64,000 bases of DNA, taken from NCBI GenBank assembly GCA_020348905.1, contig CP070756.1:1554311-1618310 (forward strand), read 5' to 3'. The position numbers and the translations under genes are program-made. The notes under the pieces were generated by a model. It saw only the letters and a list, made by a program, of their open reading frames with translations, made no database searches and had not been told where the DNA came from. This DNA comes from Candidatus Zixiibacteriota bacterium (GTDB taxonomy: Bacteria; Zixibacteria; MSB-5A5; GN15; FEB-12). Shown here one piece after another: positions 1 to 8,403 of the stretch (the first letter of the stretch is position 1; each line of letters begins with the position of its first letter).

Positions 1-1
1 G

Positions 2-193
2 GCCCGAAAGCCACTCGATTGGCAGGATTCGCTTGAGAAGATGACTCCGGAGCAGATCGGCGTATTCACCCAGCAGTTTGTCAGTGAACTGGCCGACAAG
101 ATAGCCAAGCTTATTACCGCCAAGATTGACGGTGACAAGCTTCTGAACCTTCTGAAGAAAGAAATTATCAAGCGAATCGAGAGCAGCCAATAA
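2..193 (+). CDS. 3' end of a CDS truncated by the window edge; function unknown
   Basis: Frame 2 is open from the window start to TAA at 191-193 (...KIAKLITAKIDGDKLLNLLKKEIIKRIESSQ*). No recognisable motif. Confidence 0.4.
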   Translation, partial: ARKPLDWQDSLEKMTPEQIGVFTQQFVSELADKIAKLITAKIDGDKLLNLLKKEIIKRIESSQ

Positions 194-276
194 AAGGCAA
201 ACCAATTTCCCGCTTGACTGTTTAATAATCTTGAAGCATTCAATTGGATTAATCAATAGGATGGAAGGACCCAATT

Positions 277-1020
277 GTGTTTGACCAACCAACGGTTGAA
301 ATTCCAGCCGCTGTCTTTGCCGGCTTTTTGTCATTCATTTCGCCATGCGTTCTACCGCTGATTCCTGGCTACCTGTCGTTCATATCCGGCGTGTCGATCG
401 AGGATTTGAGTACCCGGGAGAAGGCGGGCTCACATACCTGGAAGGTGGTTATCAACACCGTATTCTTCGTTCTGGGTTTTTCACTCGTTTTCGTTTTACT
501 GGGTGCCGGGGCAACCAAGATTGGCCGGCTGCTGCAGTCGAACCTGGATATTTTCAATAAGGTAGCCGGGGTAGTGGTTTTCCTGTTCGGTCTTCACGTG
601 GCGGGACTGTTGAAAATCAAGGCTCTCAATTATGAAAAGAGATTTCATGCCCGGCAGAAGAGTATGGGCGTGCTGGGGTCGATGGCGATCGGGATCGCCT
701 TTGCGTTCGGGTGGACCCCCTGTATCGGTCCTATCCTGGGTGCTATCCTGACGCTGGCAGCCCAGCAGGGTTCGATCAACCACGGTATTATGTTGCTATT
801 GTTCTATTCGGCCGGGCTTGGGATTCCGTTTATTCTTACTGCGCTGTTGTTCAATTATTTAATAGGCGCTTTCGGATTTATCAAGCGGCACTTCCGTGCT
901 GTGGAGATTATCTCCGGCTCACTGTTGATGATAGTGGGCATTATGATATTCTTCAATCTGCTCCAGCGCATATCGACGTTCATTCTGGACAGTGTTCCGG
1001 CCCTTCAAAATATCGGATAA
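277..1020 (+). CDS. ccdA: Cytochrome c biogenesis / thiol-disulfide transfer membrane protein CcdA (DsbD family)
   Basis: Polytopic 247-aa ORF with the CcdA/DsbD signatures FLSFISPCVLPLIPGYLSFISG and GWTPCIGPILGAIL. GTG start. Followed by a hairpin plus T-tract. Confidence 0.85.
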   Translation: MFDQPTVEIPAAVFAGFLSFISPCVLPLIPGYLSFISGVSIEDLSTREKAGSHTWKVVINTVFFVLGFSLVFVLLGAGATKIGRLLQSNLDIFNKVAGVVVFLFGLHVAGLLKIKALNYEKRFHARQKSMGVLGSMAIGIAFAFGWTPCIGPILGAILTLAAQQGSINHGIMLLLFYSAGLGIPFILTALLFNYLIGAFGFIKRHFRAVEIISGSLLMIVGIMIFFNLLQRISTFILDSVPALQNIG

Positions 1021-1049
1021 ATAAAAGATTTTTTCGGTTGTGTACCTTG

Positions 1050-1071
1050 ACCGCCCCAGAGGCGGTTTTTA
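1050..1071 (+). terminator. Rho-independent terminator after ccdA
   Basis: ACCGCC-ccaga-GGCGGT stem-loop followed by TTTTTATATT. Confidence 0.6.
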
Positions 1072-1109
1072 TATTGTCTGAAAATTAACCGTCAGTCAAA
1101 CAACGCTAA

Positions 1110-1859
1110 ATGCACCAGAAGAAGAAAAGAAACTCTGTCATAGCTATCTGTATCCAGGAACCAAAAGAAGATGGTTCCTCAATGGACTTCGGACCCATTC
1201 AGGGAGACAACCTGCGCTTTTTACATCAAGCATTCATAACCGATACCATCGTCAATGCGAGTGCCGTGAGCAACGCCGACATCAGGCTGTATTATATCGA
1301 TCAACCGGATCGCAGGCGGCTTGTTAAGATAGTTACCGATTATCTGTCAAACCGTCTGAAAGGCAAGAAGGCCGACTTCTTCAAGACCCGTTTTGATTCT
1401 GTGATGCTCGAGCACCAGCGCTGGGGAATACGCATTCAGCAAGTATTCGAGGATTGCTTCAAGCAGGGCTATAAACATGTGCTTGTTGCCGGAAGCCGCA
1501 CCCCAACCATAAAACCGGTCATGTTCAACACGGCTCTTAAGATGCTCACCAAGTCCGATGCTGTCTTCGGCCCAACTCCTGAAGGTCGCTATTATGTTAT
1601 CGGGATGTCCGGGTCACACCGCATCAATCTGGCCGATTTCGACTGGAAATCGCCCGCCATCTATTCGGAGGTAGCTGACGCCTTCACAAGTCAGGACCTG
1701 GCCTGGTCGGAGCTCGAAATCTGGTATTGTGTGGAAAATACCGAAGAGCTTGAGATGATGATTCGCGACATCAACCAGTTCCGCTACGAGGGTGACGAGC
1801 AAACCGCCCGCGAGACTGAAAAAGTCCTCGAAAGAATCCTCGCACGTCTGGAGCCGTGA
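1110..1859 (+). CDS. DUF2064-like (nucleotidyl/glycosyl-transferase-fold) protein
   Basis: 249-aa ORF with a by-eye resemblance to DUF2064/TIGR04282 proteins (FLHQAFITDT, VLVAGSRTPT, DAVFGPTPEGRYYVIGM). The ORF looks real, but the function call is weak. Confidence 0.5.
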   Translation: MHQKKKRNSVIAICIQEPKEDGSSMDFGPIQGDNLRFLHQAFITDTIVNASAVSNADIRLYYIDQPDRRRLVKIVTDYLSNRLKGKKADFFKTRFDSVMLEHQRWGIRIQQVFEDCFKQGYKHVLVAGSRTPTIKPVMFNTALKMLTKSDAVFGPTPEGRYYVIGMSGSHRINLADFDWKSPAIYSEVADAFTSQDLAWSELEIWYCVENTEELEMMIRDINQFRYEGDEQTARETEKVLERILARLEP

Positions 1860-2594
1860 TTGCAAAGACACCTCCAAAAACTTAATACCCTTCAGATTCA
1901 GAAGTTAGTGCCCTCGGAAATCGATACCGCTATACTTCCGGTGGGGACGGTGGAAGCGCATGGTGCATCGTGCCTGGGTACTGACAATCTGATTCCGGAA
2001 AATATCGCCGCAGGTATCGCCGAACGCATCAACGCCCTGATCGTACCGACCGTCAATTACGGTATCACCCGTTCGGTTTATCGTTATCCCGGCGGGTTCA
2101 GCATAAAACCATCGACCTTTCAGCTATACGTTCGGGATGTGCTCGATTCGCTGGCTGATTCGAAATTCAAAAACATTTTCGTGCTTAACGGCCACGGTGG
2201 TAACAACAGCGATCTAAAGTCGGTGGCTTACGAATTCCATCGCGAGAAGAAGGCCAACATTGCTGTGCTCCATTGGTGGCATCTGTGTGCCGACATGACG
2301 ACCGAGTTTTTCGGGCATGTCGGGGGGCACGGCGGCACCGATGAAACGGCTATGGTTCTTGCGGTGGATCCGGAGCTGGCTGATAAGGAGGCGCACGACG
2401 ATGATCTGGCCTGGTATTTTCGTCCCGGCGCCGATGTTTACCCTGTTCCAGGTTCGGTTCTTCTTTACAAGGAGGGGGAGGGCTACCCGAATTTTGATGT
2501 TAAGCAGGCCAGCGAGTACCGCGAAAAAGTGGTCGATTGTGTGGGTGAATTCGCCGAGACGGTGCTGAATCGGTGGCGTAAGCTCGGTCTATAA
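1860..2594 (+). CDS. Creatininase-family amidohydrolase
   Basis: Motifs ILPVGTVEAHG, LNGHGGN and GGHGGTDETA are typical of the creatininase/ArfB/MftE family. The TTG start abuts the previous TGA stop. Confidence 0.8.
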   Translation: MQRHLQKLNTLQIQKLVPSEIDTAILPVGTVEAHGASCLGTDNLIPENIAAGIAERINALIVPTVNYGITRSVYRYPGGFSIKPSTFQLYVRDVLDSLADSKFKNIFVLNGHGGNNSDLKSVAYEFHREKKANIAVLHWWHLCADMTTEFFGHVGGHGGTDETAMVLAVDPELADKEAHDDDLAWYFRPGADVYPVPGSVLLYKEGEGYPNFDVKQASEYREKVVDCVGEFAETVLNRWRKLGL

Positions 2595-2728
2595 CTTCAC
2601 TTCCGATTCGGGCCCAAATTCCCACCTTAAAATCCTCTCAGCTTCAGCCGATAAAATATGAAACGCCAGTTTCTTTTTGATCTGTGCATTTCAGCGAAAG
2701 AATAATCTGATATCTGGAGGAATATAGC

Positions 2729-3364
2729 ATGCCAGCCGTAAGTAATGCTCATACTCAGAGTGGTTCGCACCCGATGAAGAATTACGTTCGCACGCAGCTT
2801 CAGAACGGGGCTGATTTGGAGACGATCGTGTCCGAGCTGGGCAAATCCGGTGTGGAAGAACACATGGCGCGGCAGATGATTGAGGCGGTCCAGCGCGAGC
2901 CGGTCGGTGCTTCGGCCGCTCCCACGGGCGAGACGCCGTCGATTCAGATGGCGCTTCTGGGGGGCGTGATCTCGGCGCTGGTAGCGGGGGCTATCTGGGG
3001 CGGAATTATCATCGCCACCGGATGGGAGCTGGGATTGATTGCCTGGTTTGTTGGTGGCGCGGTCGGATACGGAATCCTGATTTTCTCGAAAGGGGAAAGC
3101 GGCCCTTCCCGGCAGTATATCGCCGTCCTGTGCAGTGTACTGGGGATTTTGATAGGCAAGTACTTCGCCTTTTATGTCGTGTTCAAGGAGTGGGTTTCCG
3201 AGGAGTTGGGGCCGGAGACAGCGGCCAATATGTCGGTATTCTCGCTTGATTTGTTCGGGCAGTTTATGGGTAACCTGGGCGAGGTGCTGGGGGCCTATGA
3301 TCTTCTGTGGATCGGTTTGGCCTGTGTCTCGGCGTGGAAGATTACCAGCGCTGCGGGTGATTAG
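2729..3364 (+). CDS. Hypothetical membrane protein (soluble helical N-domain plus about 4 TM segments)
   Basis: ATG preceded by GGAGGA. Hydrophobic segments such as LLGGVISALVAGAIWGGIIIATGW. No known motif. Confidence 0.6.
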   Translation: MPAVSNAHTQSGSHPMKNYVRTQLQNGADLETIVSELGKSGVEEHMARQMIEAVQREPVGASAAPTGETPSIQMALLGGVISALVAGAIWGGIIIATGWELGLIAWFVGGAVGYGILIFSKGESGPSRQYIAVLCSVLGILIGKYFAFYVVFKEWVSEELGPETAANMSVFSLDLFGQFMGNLGEVLGAYDLLWIGLACVSAWKITSAAGD

Positions 3365-3409
3365 GCCCGGCGGAATCGTCAGCCGTCTTGCGTAAAGAGG
3401 TTACCGGCC

Positions 3410-4114
3410 TCAGAACGGTGTTACGGTGGGCTGGTTCACTATAAGAACGGCCACGATAGCCAGAATACCGGTGCCGATTAGAGCGGGGTAAGATCCCAGA
3501 GTTAATCCAGCAGAAAGTGTTGTAACAGTGTATGACTCATTGTCGAACCACTCCTTGCGGTCAGAATCCCACCTTGACCCTGTCAGCTCAGCCCGATCGG
3601 CCTGAATAGTCAGCGAGAAGTAGTCCTCAACCGACAATTTCATCTGCAGAATGAGGGGATATGCTGTTCTATCGGTATCGTACCGCCACGATCCTATTCC
3701 CAGGCTGGCATCGAAGCCGATTTTTTTGGTCAGCCAGCGTCGGTATCGAGGCCTGAATCCCATATACGAATCCTCTCCTTCAAGACCGGCTCTGACAAAT
3801 ACCGATGCCCCGATGGCGTCTTTGGCCGAGACATTAAACATGTATCCAACGTCAAAGGTCAAAAGGGACCAGTCTGCATACTCCGTATTGCTGTTTTTAG
3901 AAGCGAGAGTTGTCATGAACCCGACCTCGGTTATCCAGAAAAGCCTGCAGTGTGATTGAGGTCGTCCCCGGAAACATCGGCATTTCTCGCACCCGCTTGT
4001 GTCCGGTTCGACGGTGGTGACGGTGCTCGGCTGACCAGCGGTCGTGTTGAAAGGTAACGCCATGAAGAGGATCAGCGACAGAAGAAGCAATCTGCGCCCG
4101 GCGTGATATCTCAT
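3410..4114 (-). CDS. Hypothetical secreted/envelope protein
   Basis: N-terminal signal-like segment RRLLLLSLILFMALPF, beta-rich body and C-terminal hydrophobic segment. No recognised family. Confidence 0.55.
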   Translation of the reverse strand: MRYHAGRRLLLLSLILFMALPFNTTAGQPSTVTTVEPDTSGCEKCRCFRGRPQSHCRLFWITEVGFMTTLASKNSNTEYADWSLLTFDVGYMFNVSAKDAIGASVFVRAGLEGEDSYMGFRPRYRRWLTKKIGFDASLGIGSWRYDTDRTAYPLILQMKLSVEDYFSLTIQADRAELTGSRWDSDRKEWFDNESYTVTTLSAGLTLGSYPALIGTGILAIVAVLIVNQPTVTPF

Positions 4115-4196
4115 ATTATTTCCTCCCGCTTTAGCAATCTTATAGTAATGACGAAGTTGGGGGAGAGTTTGTCAAATGGTCAGGTGACGGTGGGGG

Positions 4197-4790
4197 TCAC
4201 CGTGGAATCGCTTTAAAGACACCGGTTTGATGATCATAGCCAGACAGTTCGCCGCTGTCGAGGTCGAAGTACCAGCCATGGATGGCCAGCTTTGCCTCAT
4301 CGACTCTCTCTTTAACAAAAGGGAACGTCATAAGATTTCCCAGTGATAGTCGTATTGAAGACTGCTCGAGGGCCTTCGCGGAGGTCTGGTCGCTGGAGGC
4401 ATCTCTGGCGATATACATCCACTGCGGAATGAATTCCCCGTCAGGTCCGGTCGCCAGGGCTTGAATTCCACCGCACTGTGAATGCCCCAGAACCACTACA
4501 TGTTCAACTTCGAGTTGACATATGGCGAACTCAAGGGCAGCGCACACACCGAGAGCACCACCGTGGTCCGAATACGGGGGCACCAGGTTGGCGACGTTGC
4601 GTACCACAAACAGATCACCAGGGTTGGCATCGAATAGTATGGCGGGGTCAACCCGGGAATCGCTGCAGGCAATTACGAGAATATCTGGTCGCTGGGCAAG
4701 CTTCAGGCGATCGTAGGGCTTGTCAGAACCTTGGAAATACTTCTCTCTGAAGCGTTGAAAACCTTTCAGGAGGGCGTCGATGGAGCACAT
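4197..4790 (-). CDS. Beta-class carbonic anhydrase
   Basis: Zinc-ligand motifs CSDSRVDP and GHSQCGG, with typical length and order. Confidence 0.9.
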   Translation of the reverse strand: MCSIDALLKGFQRFREKYFQGSDKPYDRLKLAQRPDILVIACSDSRVDPAILFDANPGDLFVVRNVANLVPPYSDHGGALGVCAALEFAICQLEVEHVVVLGHSQCGGIQALATGPDGEFIPQWMYIARDASSDQTSAKALEQSSIRLSLGNLMTFPFVKERVDEAKLAIHGWYFDLDSGELSGYDHQTGVFKAIPR

Positions 4791-4918
4791 GTGCGATGCC
4801 TTCGCATTTCGGGGTTAGCATTTTGGTGGTAATGTCGACGATGGGGTACGGTTTGTCAAATGGTTTGGGGGCGGGCTCCAATCCCTTGGAGTTCGGGACA
4901 GGGGCGGACGCACCGTAA

Positions 4919-4998
4919 TTTGGCAGGAGACGAAGACGGCTCCTGCCAAACAAGAATCTGTGGGTTGCCGGCCCGGCGGGTTCGAAGACGGACCCGCC
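4919..4998. repeat. Two tandem GC-rich hairpins with different stems and an identical 9-nt loop core CGAAGACGG
   Basis: Hairpin 1 pairs 4919-4929 with 4940-4950 (11 bp, loop ACGAAGACGG). Hairpin 2 pairs 4975-4981 with 4992-4998 (7 bp, loop TCGAAGACGG). Each is followed by an AGAAT-containing flank. They lie between two minus-strand genes. Confidence 0.5.
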
Positions 4999-5053
4999 CT
5001 ACGAGAATAGAAGATGGGTTCCTGCGTTCGCGGGAGATACAGAAAGGCAGCGT

Positions 5054-5863
5054 CTAGAAGCTGTCGATGTAAGTGATCTTGATCTCGCGCGTGATGGTAT
5101 CGGACTCGCGGCGGTTCAGAAGCAGGTCCTTCAGGTGAGCTTCCAACTCAAGGTTCTCGGTGAACAACCACTTGATACCAATGTTGAGATAACCCCGGCC
5201 CTTACCGCCGAAAACATTCGGATCGCCATTCGGCAGCTCGGAGCGGTCATCGTTGAGGCCGACATCGTACTCCATCAGCCACGCCAGGTTGTACTTGAAG
5301 GTGGCGTCAAAACCGAGAAAGAAATTGATGTCTTTCTCGTCATCGACATCGTGCTCCAGTGAGTAATTCGTCCCAATGTGCCAGCCGGAGGTCCATTCAT
5401 AGAAATAAAAACTGCGGCTGACGACCAGGTAAAAACCGCGCGATTTGAAAGTGTAGCGATCAAACTCATCACTGAAGGCTCCAAAGCCCTGCGAACTGAA
5501 GCCCAGTGTGACGGCAGGGAAGTATTCGAGCTCGTCGATACCGCGAAACTTCACATTGAATTCAATACGAGGGTTCCAGTTGGGGTCGGTGCTGGAAATA
5601 ACGTTTTCGGCACCATAGGATATGCCCAGCGTAAGGCGGTTTGATAAACCGATATCGGTGTTGCCGATCGCACCGCCGCCGGGGTACAAGCGCACGCCGA
5701 TATCAAAGTAGCCGCGTGGAAACGTGCCCGCTGTCGGCACATCGACCAGCCACCGGGGAGGAACATCGTACAGACTGGCCGAGAACTCCTCCTGCGCTGA
5801 AATAGCGCCAGCGGAAGTTAGAAATAAAATAAATAAAGCTGTAAGAATATATTTTTTGCGCAT
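5054..5863 (-). CDS. Putative outer-membrane beta-barrel protein
   Basis: Signal peptide MRKKYILTALFILFLTSAGAISAQ, alternating beta-strand pattern and C-terminal ...YIDSF with a terminal Phe. Start moved to the internal ATG at 5863, which follows AGGAAG. Confidence 0.65.
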   Translation of the reverse strand: MRKKYILTALFILFLTSAGAISAQEEFSASLYDVPPRWLVDVPTAGTFPRGYFDIGVRLYPGGGAIGNTDIGLSNRLTLGISYGAENVISSTDPNWNPRIEFNVKFRGIDELEYFPAVTLGFSSQGFGAFSDEFDRYTFKSRGFYLVVSRSFYFYEWTSGWHIGTNYSLEHDVDDEKDINFFLGFDATFKYNLAWLMEYDVGLNDDRSELPNGDPNVFGGKGRGYLNIGIKWLFTENLELEAHLKDLLLNRRESDTITREIKITYIDSF

Positions 5864-5961
5864 GGTTCTGTCTTCCTGTTTATCAGGTAACACCCGGTTA
5901 TCTCAATTCATGGGAAAAATAGAAGAGGCCAAATAAGCAAGTCAATTTAAAAACAATCGTG

Positions 5962-6816
5962 CTAAAGCAGGCCGGTCATGCGTCGGAAGTGGTCGGAAAA
6001 TTCCCGGGTGATCGGACCGGTGCTGATCGGGTAGCTCTTTCGTCCGACTTTAATCAGGTTCACGCCGACAATCAATTTCAGCGAACTGGATATGAACACT
6101 TCATCAGCTTCAAGCAGAGTGCTGAGCCTGCCGTTTCGCTCGTGAATAGAAATGCCGAATTTCTTCGCCTGCCGCAGCACGAGCTTCCTCGTTACGCCAT
6201 CGAGACAGCCGGATCCAATCGGCGGGGTGTAGATCATTCCTTTTTTGACCCAATAGACGTTGGCCGAGGTTACCTCGGCTACCTGATCGCTCTCGTTGAG
6301 CAGGAGGGCGTCATCGCATCGAGCGGCCCGGGCCTGCTTGAGTGCGGCGGCATGAATAGCATACGAAAGGGTTTTGATGATTCGGAAGACAGATTTCTGG
6401 TCGACCTTGAATTCCGAAACGTGTAGCTTGAACGGTTTTGCCGGTAATTGGTGAGGTGAGGCGCTCAGGATCACCTGCGGTTTGCCGTCGGTGCCGACCC
6501 ATCGGGCGGATTCACCACTGGTTACGGTAAGGCGAAGTTTCTTAACTTTGTCAGGGTGAGTCTTGAGTGTCTGTCTGATCCATGATTTCAGCCTGCCAGC
6601 ATCAGCCGGAATCTTCAGACCGATCACCTTCGCTCCCCTGTAGAGCCGGCGAAGGTGGTCATCGCCAAAAATGACTCTATCATCAACTGCCAGGAATGTT
6701 TCGAAGAGACCCTCGGCATAAAGCAGGGAATTGTCAAAGACGGATATTTTGTCCTGGCCCCTTTTGACAATCCGCCCGTTGATGCTGGTTACGGTCTTCA
6801 GGTTTTTGCTTGCCAT
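5962..6816 (-). CDS. Class IV (fold-type IV) aminotransferase, branched-chain amino acid aminotransferase or ADC-lyase like
   Basis: Motifs LYAEGLFETF, IIKTLSY (catalytic Lys), EVTSANVYWVK, CLDGVTR and ADEVFISSS. Start set at the ATG at 6816 (MASKNL...) rather than the longer ORF-track start. Confidence 0.8.
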   Translation of the reverse strand: MASKNLKTVTSINGRIVKRGQDKISVFDNSLLYAEGLFETFLAVDDRVIFGDDHLRRLYRGAKVIGLKIPADAGRLKSWIRQTLKTHPDKVKKLRLTVTSGESARWVGTDGKPQVILSASPHQLPAKPFKLHVSEFKVDQKSVFRIIKTLSYAIHAAALKQARAARCDDALLLNESDQVAEVTSANVYWVKKGMIYTPPIGSGCLDGVTRKLVLRQAKKFGISIHERNGRLSTLLEADEVFISSSLKLIVGVNLIKVGRKSYPISTGPITREFSDHFRRMTGLL

Positions 6817-7088
6817 AGTGTTTCCGGGGTGCCATCGGGCCGCAACCGGGCCGTTCGACGGCGTATCATTATAACCACAGTGCCGAAGGCTGTCAGCCAG
6901 TTTTTTGTTTGACCTGTTTGGGGGCCTGCTGGTGCCCGCGTTGAAATAACGAACTGACGGACAGACATTTGTGTCTGCTGGCATGGCGGCGGGTCAAAAA
7001 GGCGCAAAAAAGCTGTTGACGGTCCGTCAAAAATAGTTAAATTGTTATATAGCATATAAATAGAGCGGGTCAATATCGCCTCTATTTT

Positions 7089-7116
7089 GGAACTTTATGC
7101 CTCTCCAAGGGTATTA
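7089..7116 (+). promoter_or_regulatory. Candidate ECF-type promoter upstream of the sigma factor gene
   Basis: GGAACTT, then 15 nt, then GTATTA (17 nt from the end of GGAAC to GTATTA). This resembles the AAC...CGT(A) ECF promoter architecture and ends about 32 nt before the ATG at 7148. Confidence 0.3.
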
Positions 7117-7147
7117 TTAGTAAGCGAACCGAGATACAGGTATACCT

Positions 7148-7750
7148 ATGGTTAAGGAAACGGAAAAGGATATCGACTTTACTCTTATAAGAGCGGTTCA
7201 GAACGGAGACATGGTCGCTTTTAATCAACTGGTCGACAGGTATAAAGACCGGTTGATGAACGTAATTGGCCGGATGCTGTCATCGGCAGAAGAAGCCCAG
7301 GACATTGTTCAGGAGACTTTTGTCAGGGTTTATCAGCACCGGCAATCGTTTAATTTTCAACACTGTTTCTCCACCTGGATATACACCATCGCCCTGAACC
7401 TGGCTCGGAACGAGTTACGAAAGAGAAAGAAATTCAAGTTCTTTGACATCACCGAGATGAAGGGCAGCGAGACCGAGTTTGCGGTTGAGATGAAGCTGCC
7501 CAGCCGGCTTCCTCAGGCCCTGAACGCCGCCATAAAGGAGCTTCCGAAGAAATACCGGGTGGCTTTCCTGCTGCGCGACATCCAGGAGCTTCCTTACGAA
7601 GAGGTGGCGAAGATGCTTGGTGTTCCGCTGGGGACGGTAAAGTCTCGGGTGAACAGAGCAAGAATGATGTTAAGAGAGAAACTGCAGCCCAAATTGGAGG
7701 GTTACGATGCGCTGTCGAAAAGTGCGCTCTTACCTGTCGGCCTACTGTAG
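7148..7750 (+). CDS. ECF-family RNA polymerase sigma-70 factor
   Basis: Region 2 (FNQLVDRYKDRL...AQDIVQETFVRVY, WIYTIALNLARN) and region 4 (YRVAFLLRDIQELPYEEVAKMLGVPLGTVKSRVNRAR). Confidence 0.9.
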   Translation: MVKETEKDIDFTLIRAVQNGDMVAFNQLVDRYKDRLMNVIGRMLSSAEEAQDIVQETFVRVYQHRQSFNFQHCFSTWIYTIALNLARNELRKRKKFKFFDITEMKGSETEFAVEMKLPSRLPQALNAAIKELPKKYRVAFLLRDIQELPYEEVAKMLGVPLGTVKSRVNRARMMLREKLQPKLEGYDALSKSALLPVGLL

Positions 7751-8402
7751 TGACGAACTCGATGGCCGCCACAGGCTGGCGATAAGCGAGCACCTTTCGA
7801 CCTGCTCGACTTGTCGCAAGGAAGCAGCTATATATAGTTCGTTGATGAAGTCGCGTTCGGAAATCGGGGATTTGAAAGTTTCCGATGATTTTAACGCCAA
7901 ACTCCTTAACCGCATCGCCCAGGAGCGTTTTGCGGAAACCCGTACCAGGGCTTATTTGCCCAGGACCGCCCCTAAGATAGTCTGGGGGAAGGCCGTGCCG
8001 GCCCTGGCAGCCGCCTGTCTGGTTCTTTTTGTCTCGGTAGTTGTATTCTCACCCGGTTTCAGGGAAGATACCGGTCTTTCGACATCATCGAGAGGTGAAC
8101 TGGACGATTCCTATCTCACCGTTCAACCGACCAACAACCCCAACCTGACCGTCAAGATGGATCAAGGGTGGTCGCTCAGCGATCACCTGGCCCGGGCCGA
8201 AAGAGTGAGTCAAATCTCCAGCAGCATGACGCAGGTAAACGGTGTGGACTGGCAGCGGTATTCGTCGGGACTCAGACAGGTTTCGGTAGACGCCGGCAGC
8301 CGCATTCCATACGTACCTTACTATTTCAAGATTCGTCCGGTTGTACGCGTTTACGGTTATCCCGCGGCGACGTCTGTTAAGGAGGTCACCGGAGTATATT
8401 AG
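7707..8402 (+). CDS. Anti-sigma factor, zf-HC2 type, single-pass membrane protein
   Basis: N-terminal CRKVRSYLSAYCSDEL...HLSTCSTCRKE (H-x3-C-x2-C), a TM segment AVPALAAACLVLFVSVVVF, GGAGGG SD, and a 44-nt overlap with the sigma gene. Confidence 0.75.
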   Translation: MRCRKVRSYLSAYCSDELDGRHRLAISEHLSTCSTCRKEAAIYSSLMKSRSEIGDLKVSDDFNAKLLNRIAQERFAETRTRAYLPRTAPKIVWGKAVPALAAACLVLFVSVVVFSPGFREDTGLSTSSRGELDDSYLTVQPTNNPNLTVKMDQGWSLSDHLARAERVSQISSSMTQVNGVDWQRYSSGLRQVSVDAGSRIPYVPYYFKIRPVVRVYGYPAATSVKEVTGVY

Positions 8403-8403
8403 A

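Noticed and set aside
1860-2594. Creatininase-family gene, considered as the MftE-like peptidase of a mycofactocin-type RiPP pathway linked to the SPASM enzymes
   Set aside because: It is 16 kb away and separated by about 14 unrelated genes. No MftA/B/D-like genes are seen. The family is broad (ArfB, creatininase).
7044-7058. AT palindrome TTATAT-agc-ATATAA in the divergent promoter region
   Set aside because: It has 6-bp AT-only arms in an AT-rich spacer and is likely to occur by chance. It is noted only as context for the ECF promoter candidate.
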